Shown here in pieces: positions 36,372 to 45,083 of a DNA stretch of 64,000 nucleotides. How positions within the stretch are numbered: the first letter of the stretch is position 1; each line of letters opens with the position of its first letter. The stretch covers positions 88,182-152,181 of the forward strand of contig CAMJPL010000001.1 in assembly GCA_946407735.1 (NCBI GenBank), read 5' to 3'. The notes beneath the pieces are model-generated. The model was given only the letters and a program-made list of their open reading frames with translations, was not told the origin of the DNA and did no database searches. This DNA comes from an uncultured Clostridia bacterium. Lineage in GTDB: Bacteria; Bacillota; Clostridia; Oscillospirales; CAG-272. The position numbers and the translations under genes are program-made.

Positions 36372-38675
36372 ATGGAAATGTGCTCAAGATGCCACAAGAG
36401 AGTGGCGGTCGTTTATATATCGCATATCGAGAACGGAAAGACCACGAGCGAGGGCATCTGCCTGAAATGCGCCAAGGAGATCGGCATAACCTCGGTCGGC
36501 GACATCATGAAAAAGATGGGTATCTCCGATGAGGACCTCGACAAGGTCGACGACGAGATGACCGAGATGTTCGGGCAGATGGAGGACGGCGCCGAGACGG
36601 GTATCGCTCCCGCCGACGGCGATATCGAGGAGGGCAGGGCCCCGACGATAGATTTCCAGCGCCTGTTCGGCATGCCCGACCGCTCCCAGCCGCCGCAGCC
36701 TCAGCGCGGAAGGGATCAGAAGAAGGAAAAGGACCGGCCGAAGAGAAAATATATCGACCAGTACTGCCAGTCCCTCAACCGCAAGGCCATGGACGGACGT
36801 CTCGACACTATCGTCGGGCGCGCGAAGGAGCTTGACCGCGTGATCCAGATCCTCTGCCGACGTCAGAAGAACAATCCCTGTCTCATCGGAGAGCCGGGAG
36901 TCGGAAAGACGGCTATCGCGGAGGCGCTTGCCGAGCGGATCGTCGCCGGAAAGGTTCCGTATAAGCTGAAGGATAAGGAGGTCTGCCTCGTCGATCTCAC
37001 CGCCATCGTCGCCGGGACGCAGTTCCGCGGACAGTTCGAGAGCCGCATGAAGGGGCTTATCGAGGAGACGAAGGCGCTCGGGAACATCATACTCGTCATC
37101 GACGAGGTGCATTCCATCGTCGGAGCCGGAGACGCCGAGGGCAGCATGAACGCGGCGAACATCCTGAAGCCGGCGCTGTCGAGAGGCGAGATACAGGTGA
37201 TCGGCGCCACGACACTGAACGAGTACCGCAAGTACATCGAAAAGGATCAGGCTCTCGAGAGGCGATTCCAGCCTGTCATCATCGAGGAGCCGTCGATCGC
37301 CGATTCCGTCGAGATACTCAAGGGTATAAAGAGCTATTACGAGAAGTTCCACGGCATCATCATCCCGGACGACACGCTTTACCGCTGCGTCACTCTGTCC
37401 GAAAGATACATAACCGACCGCTATCTGCCGGACAAGGCCATCGACCTGCTTGACGAGGCGGCGTCGTACAAGTCGCTCCATACTCCCGCCGTTGCGCGGA
37501 AATACGAGCTCGACGCCGAGCTTGAAAAGCTCTCAAAGGAGCAGATGGACCTCGAGTCCTCGGACGAGACCGATCAGGAAAAGCAGCAGGCGAAATACCA
37601 GCGCCTCGCCGACATAAAGGTCGCGACGATCAACGCTCAGAACGAGCTGAAATCTCTCCAGCCGCAGCTCGACGCCGCCCGTCTGACGACGGAGGATCTC
37701 GCCAACGTAATTGAGATATGGACCGGTGTTCCGGCGTCCAATATCACGGAGCATGAGTTCGAGAGGATAGACCGTCTCGGTGAAAGGCTGAAAAACCACA
37801 TCATCGGTCAGGACGCCGCCGTCGACGCGGTCGTCAGGGCGATAAAGCGCAGCCGCGCCGGAGTGGCGTACAAGCGCAAGCCGGTATCGTTCATCTTCGC
37901 CGGACCGACCGGCGTCGGCAAGACCGAGCTCGTGAAGCAGCTGGCGCTCGACCTCTTCGATTCGCCTGAGACGCTGATAAGGCTCGACATGTCGGAGTTC
38001 ATGGAAAAATTCAGCGTGTCGCGCATCATCGGAGCGCCTCCCGGATACGTCGGCTACGACGAGGCGGGACAGCTGACCGAGAAGATACGCCGCAAGCCGT
38101 ATTCGGTGGTGCTGTTCGACGAGATTGAGAAGGCGCATCCTGACGTGCTGAACATCCTTCTGCAGATACTCGACGACGGAAGGATCACCGACAGTCAGGG
38201 AAGAACGGTGAATTTCGAGAATACCGTCATCGTCATGACGACGAACGCCGGATCGGTCAACATCTCCAACCGCGCCGGCTTCGGCGAGGGCGGGGCGGCG
38301 AAGGAGTCGGAGGACCGCACGATGAAGGCGCTCTCCGAGTTCCTGCGGCCTGAGTTCATCAACCGCGTAGACGAGATCATCACCTTCCGCCAGCTCGACG
38401 AGAATGATTTCTCGGCGATCGCCGGAATAATGCTCGGCGAGCTAAAGACGACGCTCGGCGAGAAGGGGATATACTTCCGCTGGACGGACGCCGCCGAAAA
38501 GGCGATAGCGAAGGCCTCGTTCTCAACGAAGTTCGGCGCACGCAATATGCGCCGCTACATTCAGACGCATGTCGAGGATCAGGCGGCGAACATCATTATC
38601 GACGCGAAGGGCGCCCCGATAGCCGGGATCGCCGTCGACGCCGGAGAAGGCGGCCTCATCGTAAAGAGCGTCTGA
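36372..38675 (+). CDS. clpE: ClpE-type Clp/Hsp100 AAA+ ATPase (N-terminal zinc ribbon, two AAA+ modules)
   Basis: CSRC-x22-CLKC zinc ribbon, D1 Walker A GEPGVGKTA, D2 Walker A GPTGVGKTE, and the candidate ClpP-docking loop RAGFG. The start is ambiguous (36363 TTG, 36372 ATG or 36378 ATG). Confidence 0.85.
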   Translation: MEMCSRCHKRVAVVYISHIENGKTTSEGICLKCAKEIGITSVGDIMKKMGISDEDLDKVDDEMTEMFGQMEDGAETGIAPADGDIEEGRAPTIDFQRLFGMPDRSQPPQPQRGRDQKKEKDRPKRKYIDQYCQSLNRKAMDGRLDTIVGRAKELDRVIQILCRRQKNNPCLIGEPGVGKTAIAEALAERIVAGKVPYKLKDKEVCLVDLTAIVAGTQFRGQFESRMKGLIEETKALGNIILVIDEVHSIVGAGDAEGSMNAANILKPALSRGEIQVIGATTLNEYRKYIEKDQALERRFQPVIIEEPSIADSVEILKGIKSYYEKFHGIIIPDDTLYRCVTLSERYITDRYLPDKAIDLLDEAASYKSLHTPAVARKYELDAELEKLSKEQMDLESSDETDQEKQQAKYQRLADIKVATINAQNELKSLQPQLDAARLTTEDLANVIEIWTGVPASNITEHEFERIDRLGERLKNHIIGQDAAVDAVVRAIKRSRAGVAYKRKPVSFIFAGPTGVGKTELVKQLALDLFDSPETLIRLDMSEFMEKFSVSRIIGAPPGYVGYDEAGQLTEKIRRKPYSVVLFDEIEKAHPDVLNILLQILDDGRITDSQGRTVNFENTVIVMTTNAGSVNISNRAGFGEGGAAKESEDRTMKALSEFLRPEFINRVDEIITFRQLDENDFSAIAGIMLGELKTTLGEKGIYFRWTDAAEKAIAKASFSTKFGARNMRRYIQTHVEDQAANIIIDAKGAPIAGIAVDAGEGGLIVKSV

Positions 38676-38735
38676 CGCGGCGGACATGCCTATAAAATAT
38701 TCGGAATAAAGCGCTGCTGATCTTTTCTTGAGCAG

Positions 38736-38818
38736 AAACAGTCTTTATTGAAAAGAGGTGCTCCGGGGGAGGAAAACCTCTTTCTTCAGAAAGAGGAATT
38801 CCTCCACCGGCATTATAA
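38736..38818 (+). repeat. palindromic intergenic element, copy D (more diverged)
   Basis: AAACAGTCTTTATTGAAAAGAGGTG leader, arms at 38763-38784 and 38789-38810 (loop TTCA, 3 mismatches), and the tail ATTATAAT. Confidence 0.7.
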
Positions 38819-38835
38819 TCTGTCAATTCAGTTTT

Positions 38836-41706
38836 ATGTCTGATAAATGGTATGACCATACCCCGCAGCAGATCGCGGAAAGGCTCGGCACGGATATGTC
38901 GGGCGGACTTTCCCGGGCCGAGGCGGACAGCCGTTTGAAGAAAAACGGCGGCAATATCATATATCCGGTGCCTAAGGGAGCCTTCAGGGCATATCTGGGG
39001 CATGTGATGACCGACAGCATGTCGATACTGCTGCTTCTGACCGCCGTCATACAGGCGGCGCTCGAGCACAGCGCGGCGGCGGTCGCTCTCATCGTATGCC
39101 TCGCCGTAAATTACATCGCGGCCGTGCTCACATACATAAAAGCGCAGAAGGTGCTTGAGGACACGGCCTCGGGAGCGCTCCCGGTCGCCCGCGTCATGCG
39201 CGACGGCATGCTGTATCTCGTCAGGGCGGAGGATCTTGTCGTCGGCGACGTCATCGTCGTCAGCTCGGGAGACGTCGTCCCCGCCGACTGCCGTCTCATA
39301 GAGTCGAATGACCTGTACGCCTTCGAGGCTCCGGTCACCGGCGTGCCGAAGGCGCAGAAAAAGGACGCCAACTTCCGGGACTTCCATGAGCTCGAGCCGT
39401 CGCAGCAGAAGAACATGCTGCTGGCGTCTACGATCCTCACCCGCGGCAGCGGAAGGGCTATGGTCGTCGCGTCGGGGCAGGACAATCTCGTCTGCCGCGA
39501 GAAAAAGGCTCAGTCGCTTGTGCGGCATGAGGAGCTCGCGGTGGTATCCACCCTTAAAAAGTACTGCTCCGGCTGGAGCCTGTGCATGATCGTGCTCGTC
39601 TTCCTCCTGACGATAGCCGACGCCGTCACCGGGATGCGCACGAGAGGGCTTTTCGACGTATTCCTCACCGGACTTTCGCTCGCCGTCGCGTCGATGAGCG
39701 AGCTTTACACCGCCTTCGGGCATATCATAATCGCCTGCGGCGTCTACAACGCCGTGCATCAGTTCGACAAGCCGGACAAGGGAGCGCTGATACGCAACGT
39801 CGGCTGCATCGACAAGCTCAAGGACGTCTCGACGGTGATAATCCCGAAGGATGGGTTCCTGATGTCGGGCGGGCAGTCGGTCGAATCGGTATATACCGGC
39901 GGCGTGGAGTACACCGACGACGCGCCGAACTTCGGCAAGCGCTGCTCGATGCTGCTCCGCTTCGCCGTCATCTCGACGGCGCTGTACGGGAAAAACAAGC
40001 TGTCTGTGACCGGCGTCGATCCTGACGTGATACATACCGCCGAGGAGAAGGCGATAGTCGCCGAGGCCGAGAAGCACAAGCTCTACAACGTCGCGCTCGA
40101 CCGCGATTACCCGATACTCGATCATATGAGCGCCGGAGGGCCGAGCCGCTTCGAGACGTCTCTCGTCGGCAATTTCGCCGTCGAGAACCTTGGCAACGGC
40201 ATAGACGGCATATCCGACGACTCGCGCCCGCATAAGGAGGGCGAGGATTATCTCGTCTGCTGCCGCGGCGAGCTGACGGCGATACTCGCCAGATGCCGCA
40301 CATACACACAGAACGGCGCGATGGTGCCGCTCGATACCGCCGCCTCGGCCGACATAAGGGCGTCCGCACTCGCGAGGGGCAGGGCGGCGTACCGCGTCGT
40401 CGGCATAGCCACGAAGACCACGTCCGACAACGATCTTACGAGGATAGAGAACCTTCAGAGCGATCTCAACTTCGAGGGCTTCCTCGCTATACGCGAGCCT
40501 ATCCTGCCGGGAGCGGCGAGAAACATGGCGAAGCTCCGCGCGGCCGGGATAAGCGTCATCATGCTCTGCGACGATCTGTCCGAGAATAATCTGCAGATCG
40601 CCAAGACCGTCGGCATCGCCAACAACAGCACCGACGTGATGCAGTCGAAGCAGATGGACAGGACGTCCGACGGCATGCTCAGGACGAATATCCGCTCATA
40701 CCGAGTCTATGAAGCTCTCAGGCTCGACCAGAAAAAGAAGCTGATCGATTTCCTTCGCGCCGAGGGTGAGACCGTAATGTTCATGGGCGGAAAGCTCGAC
40801 GAGATCGGTCTCATGAGGGAAGCCGACGTCGGCGTCGGGAAATCGGTGACGATATCCATCAAGGGCGCGAGAGGCGAGCTGAGGCGGAACCGCAACGAGA
40901 CGGAGTATATCCGCACCGGCAAGGAGGATCCGAAGCTCGGCTGCGAGGCGCTGAAATTCGCCGCCGACGTCATCGTGTCGGAGAGCGACGACGAGGGCAA
41001 CGGCAGCTTCAACGCTCTTGTCGGGGCGATAGCCTCGGCGAAGGTGATATACCAGAACATCCTCCGCATGGTGAGATATCTCATCACGTCGCAGCTGGCG
41101 AGACTGTTCATCGTGCTCTACTCGGTCATCGTCCGATATGAGATGATGTCTCCGGTGCAGATCATCTTTACCGGTCTTATCGTCGACTTCGCGGCGGTCA
41201 TGATCATCGCCTTCGAGCGCCCGTCTCACGATATACTGCGACTGGAGGAGAACACCTCCGGCAGTCTCAGCCGTCCGCTCGCGCACAATATCACTTGCGT
41301 CGCCTTCGGGCTCTTCTGGGCCGGAGCCGGCATCGCCGCACCCCTGCTCGCCGACGCTACGGTGTTCGCTCTCGAGCCGGCCCAGACCGGCGCGGCGGTG
41401 TTCATCGGCTTCCTGCTCGCGCAGGCGGTCGTGCTGAGCGAGACGATGAAAAGCGGCAGCGTGTTCATGCCGAACGTGAAGTTCAACTTCATCTACGCCG
41501 GAGTGATCGGCGCGCTGATCGCCTTCGTTGCCGTCGCTATGCTGACGCCGCTCGGACAGGCCTTCGGGATAACCGTGCTTCCCGTCGCCGGATGGCTCTG
41601 CGCGCTCATCCCACCCGCCGTGCTGCTGCTCGTTTATGAGATATACAAGGTCCTCTACGCAGTCTACCTCTCCGCCAGAAGATGGAAGGAAAAACGGGAG
41701 ATGTGA
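38836..41706 (+). CDS. P-type ATPase homologue with degenerate catalytic motifs (probable pseudo-enzyme)
   Basis: Cation_ATPase_N-like start (HTPQQIAERLGTDMSGGLSRAEADSRLKKNGGN) and ~10 TM segments. However, TGES reads TGVP, PEGLP reads SMSELY, DKTGT reads PKDGF, MxTGD reads MLCDD, and GDGxND reads GGKLDE. Confidence 0.8.
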   Translation: MSDKWYDHTPQQIAERLGTDMSGGLSRAEADSRLKKNGGNIIYPVPKGAFRAYLGHVMTDSMSILLLLTAVIQAALEHSAAAVALIVCLAVNYIAAVLTYIKAQKVLEDTASGALPVARVMRDGMLYLVRAEDLVVGDVIVVSSGDVVPADCRLIESNDLYAFEAPVTGVPKAQKKDANFRDFHELEPSQQKNMLLASTILTRGSGRAMVVASGQDNLVCREKKAQSLVRHEELAVVSTLKKYCSGWSLCMIVLVFLLTIADAVTGMRTRGLFDVFLTGLSLAVASMSELYTAFGHIIIACGVYNAVHQFDKPDKGALIRNVGCIDKLKDVSTVIIPKDGFLMSGGQSVESVYTGGVEYTDDAPNFGKRCSMLLRFAVISTALYGKNKLSVTGVDPDVIHTAEEKAIVAEAEKHKLYNVALDRDYPILDHMSAGGPSRFETSLVGNFAVENLGNGIDGISDDSRPHKEGEDYLVCCRGELTAILARCRTYTQNGAMVPLDTAASADIRASALARGRAAYRVVGIATKTTSDNDLTRIENLQSDLNFEGFLAIREPILPGAARNMAKLRAAGISVIMLCDDLSENNLQIAKTVGIANNSTDVMQSKQMDRTSDGMLRTNIRSYRVYEALRLDQKKKLIDFLRAEGETVMFMGGKLDEIGLMREADVGVGKSVTISIKGARGELRRNRNETEYIRTGKEDPKLGCEALKFAADVIVSESDDEGNGSFNALVGAIASAKVIYQNILRMVRYLITSQLARLFIVLYSVIVRYEMMSPVQIIFTGLIVDFAAVMIIAFERPSHDILRLEENTSGSLSRPLAHNITCVAFGLFWAGAGIAAPLLADATVFALEPAQTGAAVFIGFLLAQAVVLSETMKSGSVFMPNVKFNFIYAGVIGALIAFVAVAMLTPLGQAFGITVLPVAGWLCALIPPAVLLLVYEIYKVLYAVYLSARRWKEKREM

Positions 41707-41724
41707 GAGAGGAAATATGATAAA

Positions 41725-41753
41725 ACCGTCCCATCGTCGGTGGGACGGTTTTT
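41725..41753 (+). terminator. rho-independent terminator
   Basis: ACCGTCCCA-tcgtcgg-TGGGACGGT followed by TTTTT. Confidence 0.8.
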
Positions 41754-41756
41754 CAT

Positions 41757-41891
41757 TTGACGTATTTCAATGTCTCCGCCGATTATCTTCTCGATCTGAG
41801 TGAGGGGAAATATATCGACGTCAGCGATCTTGACGATGATGCCGCCGCTCATATCAGAATGATCATAGACGATATCAGAGGCAGAAAATGA
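41757..41891 (+). pseudogene. 5'-truncated remnant of an XRE-family HTH regulator
   Basis: The frame reads (L)TYFNVSADYLLDLSEGKYIDVSDLDDDAAAHIRMIIDDIRGRK*. FNVSADYLL is the last helix of an HTH_3 domain. The preceding helices are absent and the terminator abuts the fragment. Confidence 0.5.
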
Positions 41892-41894
41892 ACA

Positions 41895-41927
41895 GAACAG
41901 GGGACCGTTCCGGTCTCCTGTTCTTTT
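41895..41927. terminator. bidirectional terminator (pnp side and remnant side)
   Basis: GAACAGGGGACCG-ttc-CGGTCTCCTGTTC (1 mismatch) with T-runs on both strands. Confidence 0.7.
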
Positions 41928-41942
41928 ATATGATGTTATTTC

Positions 41943-44132
41943 TTATTCTTCTCTTCCGCGTCTCTGGCTGCGGGGAGTGTAGGCGTTCTTTCTGGCATTA
42001 GGATCGACGACAGGCATCTTCGGCACCTCGGCGGCCTTTTCGGCGGCGGTGAGGGCGTCCTTGCGGGAGAGGTTCATTCTGCCCTTCTCGTCGACGCCGA
42101 GATACTTCACGCGCATCGTATCGCCGACGTCGCAGATGTCCTCGACCTTCTCGACGCGGTAATCGGCGAGCTTGGAGATGTGGACCATGCCCTCCTTGCC
42201 GGGAGCGAACTCGACGAAAGCACCGATCGGGATGATGCGGGTGACGGTGCCCTCATAGATGGCGCCCTCCTCCGGCTCGAAGACGATGTTCTCGATGATC
42301 TTCTGCGCCAGCAGGCCGCTGTCGCGGTTGACGGCGGCGATATAAACGGTGCCGTCGTCCTCGATCTCGATCTTGGCTCCGGTGTCGGCGGTGATCTTCT
42401 GGATGACCTTGCCGCCGGTGCCGATGACGTCGCGGATCTTGTCGGGATCGATCTTCATGGTGATCATCTTCGGGGCGTACTTCGAAACCTCCGGTCTCGG
42501 AGACGGGATGGCCTTGAGGATGACGTTGTCGATGATATAGTCGCGGGCGGCGTGGGTGGTGGTGAGAGCCGCCCAGATGATCTCCGGCGTGAGTCCGTCG
42601 ATCTTGAGGTCCATCTGGATCGCGGTGATGCCCTTATGAGTTCCGGCCACCTTGAAGTCCATATCGCCGTAGAAGTCCTCGAGACCCTGGATGTCGATCA
42701 TGGTCATCCAGCGCTCGCCCTCGGTGATAAGACCGCAGGAGATGCCGGCGACGGGGGCCGAGATCGGCACGCCGGCGTCCATGAGAGCCAGCGTCGAGCC
42801 GCAGACAGAACCCTGAGAGGTCGAGCCGTTGGAGGAAATGACCTCGGAGACGCAGCGAATCGCGTACGGGAAATCGTCTACCGACGGGAGGACCGGACGG
42901 AGGGCTCTCTCGGCGAGAGCGCCGTGACCGATCTCACGTCTGCCCGGGCTGCGGCTGGCCTTGGCTTCGCCTGTGGAATAGCCGGGCATGTTGTAGTGGT
43001 GCATGTATCTCTTCTCGGTCTCCTCGTCTATGCCGTCGAGCATCTGCGCCTCGTCTATCGAGCCGAGGGTGCAGGAGGTGAGGACCTGAGTCTGGCCGCG
43101 GGTGAACATTCCGGAGCCGTGGGCTCTCGGCAGAAGTCCGACCTCGGCGGCGAGCGGACGGATCTGATCCATCTTTCTGCCGTCGACGCGCTTCTTGTCG
43201 GTGAGGAGCCACTCGCGGACGATGTGCTTCTGTATCTGGTAGAGTATCTGATCGAACATCATGTGCTGATCGGGATACTTCTCGTCGTAGGCGGCGTAGA
43301 CGCGCTCGATGATGGGCTGGAGTCTGGCGTCGCGGACGCTCTTGTCGTCGGTGTCGAGGGCGAGCTTGACGTCCTCCTTCACCATGGCCTCGACCTCGTC
43401 CATGAGAGCCTGATCGACGGCTCCGGACGGGTAATCGAACTTCGGCTTGCCGATCTGGGCTTGGATGTCCTTTATGAAGCGGCAGAGCTTCTTTACTTCC
43501 TCATGCGCGAGCATGATGGCGTCGAACATCTCCTTGTCGCCGACTTCCTTGGCGCCGGCCTCGATCATGACGACCTTTTCCTCGGATCCGGCGACGGTGA
43601 GCTCAAGAACGCTCTCGGCGCGCTCGGCCTGAGTCGGGTTGATGATGTATTTTCCGTCTACCATTCCGACGAAGACTCCGGCGATCGGGCCGTTCCACGG
43701 GATATCGGAGATGGTGAGGGCGATGGACGCGCCGATCATGCCGGTGATCTCGGGCGAGCAGTCCTGATCGACGCTCATGACGAGCAGCGACAGAACGACG
43801 TCGTTGCGCAGATCCTTCGGGAAGAGCGGGCGGATCGGGCGGTCGATGACGCGCGAGGTGAGGATGGCTTTTTCGGTCGGGCGTCCCTCTCTCTTGTTGA
43901 AGGAGCCGGGTATATGGCCGACGGCGTAGAGTCTTTCCTCGAAGTCGACGGACAGCGGCAGGAAATCTATGCCGTCGCGCGGCATTTTGGAAGCGGTGGC
44001 GGTGGCGAGTATCGCGGTATCGCCGTATTTGATGAAGCAGGAGCCGTTGGCCAGACCTGCCATCTTGCCGGTCTCGACGGTCAGTTTGCGGCCGGCGAGC
44101 TCGGTCTCAAAGACGCGGTAATTTTCAAACAT
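41943..44132 (-). CDS. pnp: polyribonucleotide nucleotidyltransferase (PNPase)
   Basis: 729 aa with two RNase PH domains, then KH (IRDVIGTGGKVIQKI) and S1 (GTVTRIIPIGAFVEF) domains. Confidence 0.96.
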   Translation of the reverse strand: MFENYRVFETELAGRKLTVETGKMAGLANGSCFIKYGDTAILATATASKMPRDGIDFLPLSVDFEERLYAVGHIPGSFNKREGRPTEKAILTSRVIDRPIRPLFPKDLRNDVVLSLLVMSVDQDCSPEITGMIGASIALTISDIPWNGPIAGVFVGMVDGKYIINPTQAERAESVLELTVAGSEEKVVMIEAGAKEVGDKEMFDAIMLAHEEVKKLCRFIKDIQAQIGKPKFDYPSGAVDQALMDEVEAMVKEDVKLALDTDDKSVRDARLQPIIERVYAAYDEKYPDQHMMFDQILYQIQKHIVREWLLTDKKRVDGRKMDQIRPLAAEVGLLPRAHGSGMFTRGQTQVLTSCTLGSIDEAQMLDGIDEETEKRYMHHYNMPGYSTGEAKASRSPGRREIGHGALAERALRPVLPSVDDFPYAIRCVSEVISSNGSTSQGSVCGSTLALMDAGVPISAPVAGISCGLITEGERWMTMIDIQGLEDFYGDMDFKVAGTHKGITAIQMDLKIDGLTPEIIWAALTTTHAARDYIIDNVILKAIPSPRPEVSKYAPKMITMKIDPDKIRDVIGTGGKVIQKITADTGAKIEIEDDGTVYIAAVNRDSGLLAQKIIENIVFEPEEGAIYEGTVTRIIPIGAFVEFAPGKEGMVHISKLADYRVEKVEDICDVGDTMRVKYLGVDEKGRMNLSRKDALTAAEKAAEVPKMPVVDPNARKNAYTPRSQRRGREE

Positions 44133-44393
44133 GCGGCAGTTTCTCCTTATAAATTATCTGAACCTCGGAGGGGGCCTGCCCTCCTTAAAAATCCGGCTGA
44201 GCCGGTATCCCGCGGTCCGGGCGGACAATATCCGTTTTCCTCACATACGGAAAAGGGCGTCCGGCAGAGGGATCCTCAAAAAACATCCGCATGTCAGTTT
44301 AGCACTTTAATACGTTCCGCTCCATCACTTTCGGGAGAGAGCGGCGGCGCGGGGCATATTGAACTGCTAAGCCGTAATGCGGATCTGATTTCG

Positions 44394-44421
44394 CTCCGCC
44401 CGGCTTTTACGCCGGGCGGAG
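44394..44421 (-). promoter_or_regulatory. GC-rich hairpin immediately after rpsO (attenuator/processing hairpin of the rpsO-pnp intergenic region)
   Basis: CTCCGCCCGGC-6 nt-GCCGGGCGGAG perfect 11-bp stem with no T-run on the minus strand. Confidence 0.55.
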
Positions 44422-44429
44422 TATTGTGA

Positions 44430-44696
44430 TTACTTACGCAGACCGAGTCTTTCGACTATCGAGCGGTAACGGGTGATATCGTTCTTCTGAAGATATCCGA
44501 GAAGGGAACGGCGCTTGCCGACCATCATAAGAAGGCCGCGGCGGCTGTGGTTGTCCTTCGGGTTTCTCTTGAGATGCTCGGTGAGCTGATTGATTCGGGT
44601 GGTGAGGACAGCGATCTGTACCTCGGGAGATCCGGTGTCGCCCTCGTGGGTGGCGAACTTCTGCATGATCTCCTGCTTTTCTTCCTTGAGAAGCAT
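44430..44696 (-). CDS. rpsO: 30S ribosomal protein S15
   Basis: 88 aa. ...[53 protein letters not shown] is canonical S15. Confidence 0.96.
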   Translation of the reverse strand: MLLKEEKQEIMQKFATHEGDTGSPEVQIAVLTTRINQLTEHLKRNPKDNHSRRGLLMMVGKRRSLLGYLQKNDITRYRSIVERLGLRK

Positions 44697-44843
44697 GACT
44701 TTTTACCTCATAATATTTGGTTACATGCCGCCGGCGCAGCGGGGGCCGTGAGGATCGCCCTTGACCGGTCCGGCGGTGGCGTTTTCGCCGGCATGTTATA
44801 TCCGGCGCGGCCCGGCTGATATATTGAGCCGAACCGACAATAT

Positions 44844-44871
44844 ATTATATCACAACCGCCGTCTTTGATAA
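44844..44871 (-). promoter_or_regulatory. sigma-70-type promoter of rpsO
   Basis: Minus strand: TTATCA (44871-44866), 16 nt, TATAAT (44849-44844), with TGA before the -10. Implies a ~140-nt GC-rich leader. Confidence 0.45.
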
Positions 44872-44981
44872 AGAGGGAAAAGGAATAATTTACAATTAAT
44901 TTACCCGCGCTGCTCAATGAGTCTTTCGCGGTTTATCGCACCCATAATAACAAAATATACATGGAGTTACCCGTTTGTCTA

Positions 44982-45010
44982 TTGAAAAAAACATTCCGAT
45001 ATAGTATAAT
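44982..45010 (+). promoter_or_regulatory. sigma-70-type promoter of nfnAB
   Basis: TTGAAA (44982-44987), 17 nt, TATAAT (45005-45010). Confidence 0.5.
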
Positions 45011-45083
45011 ATTATATTATGTGAGCCGCATCAGGCTCGTTATCCATGTTCGCCGGCCGCCTCGGGCGGCGGAGAGTTGCATT

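Noticed and set aside
41664-41852. 62-aa minus-strand ORF between the ATPase-like gene and pnp.
   Set aside because: It overlaps the ATPase 3' end and terminator and runs antisense to the XRE-remnant frame, which has the more convincing homology. It has no RBS.
42180-44429. 749-aa ORF antisense to pnp. Also 45441-47102 antisense to nfnB and 38656-40233 antisense to the P-type-ATPase-like gene.
   Set aside because: The same reasoning applies. The sense genes are unambiguous and the antisense translations are low-complexity with no start context.
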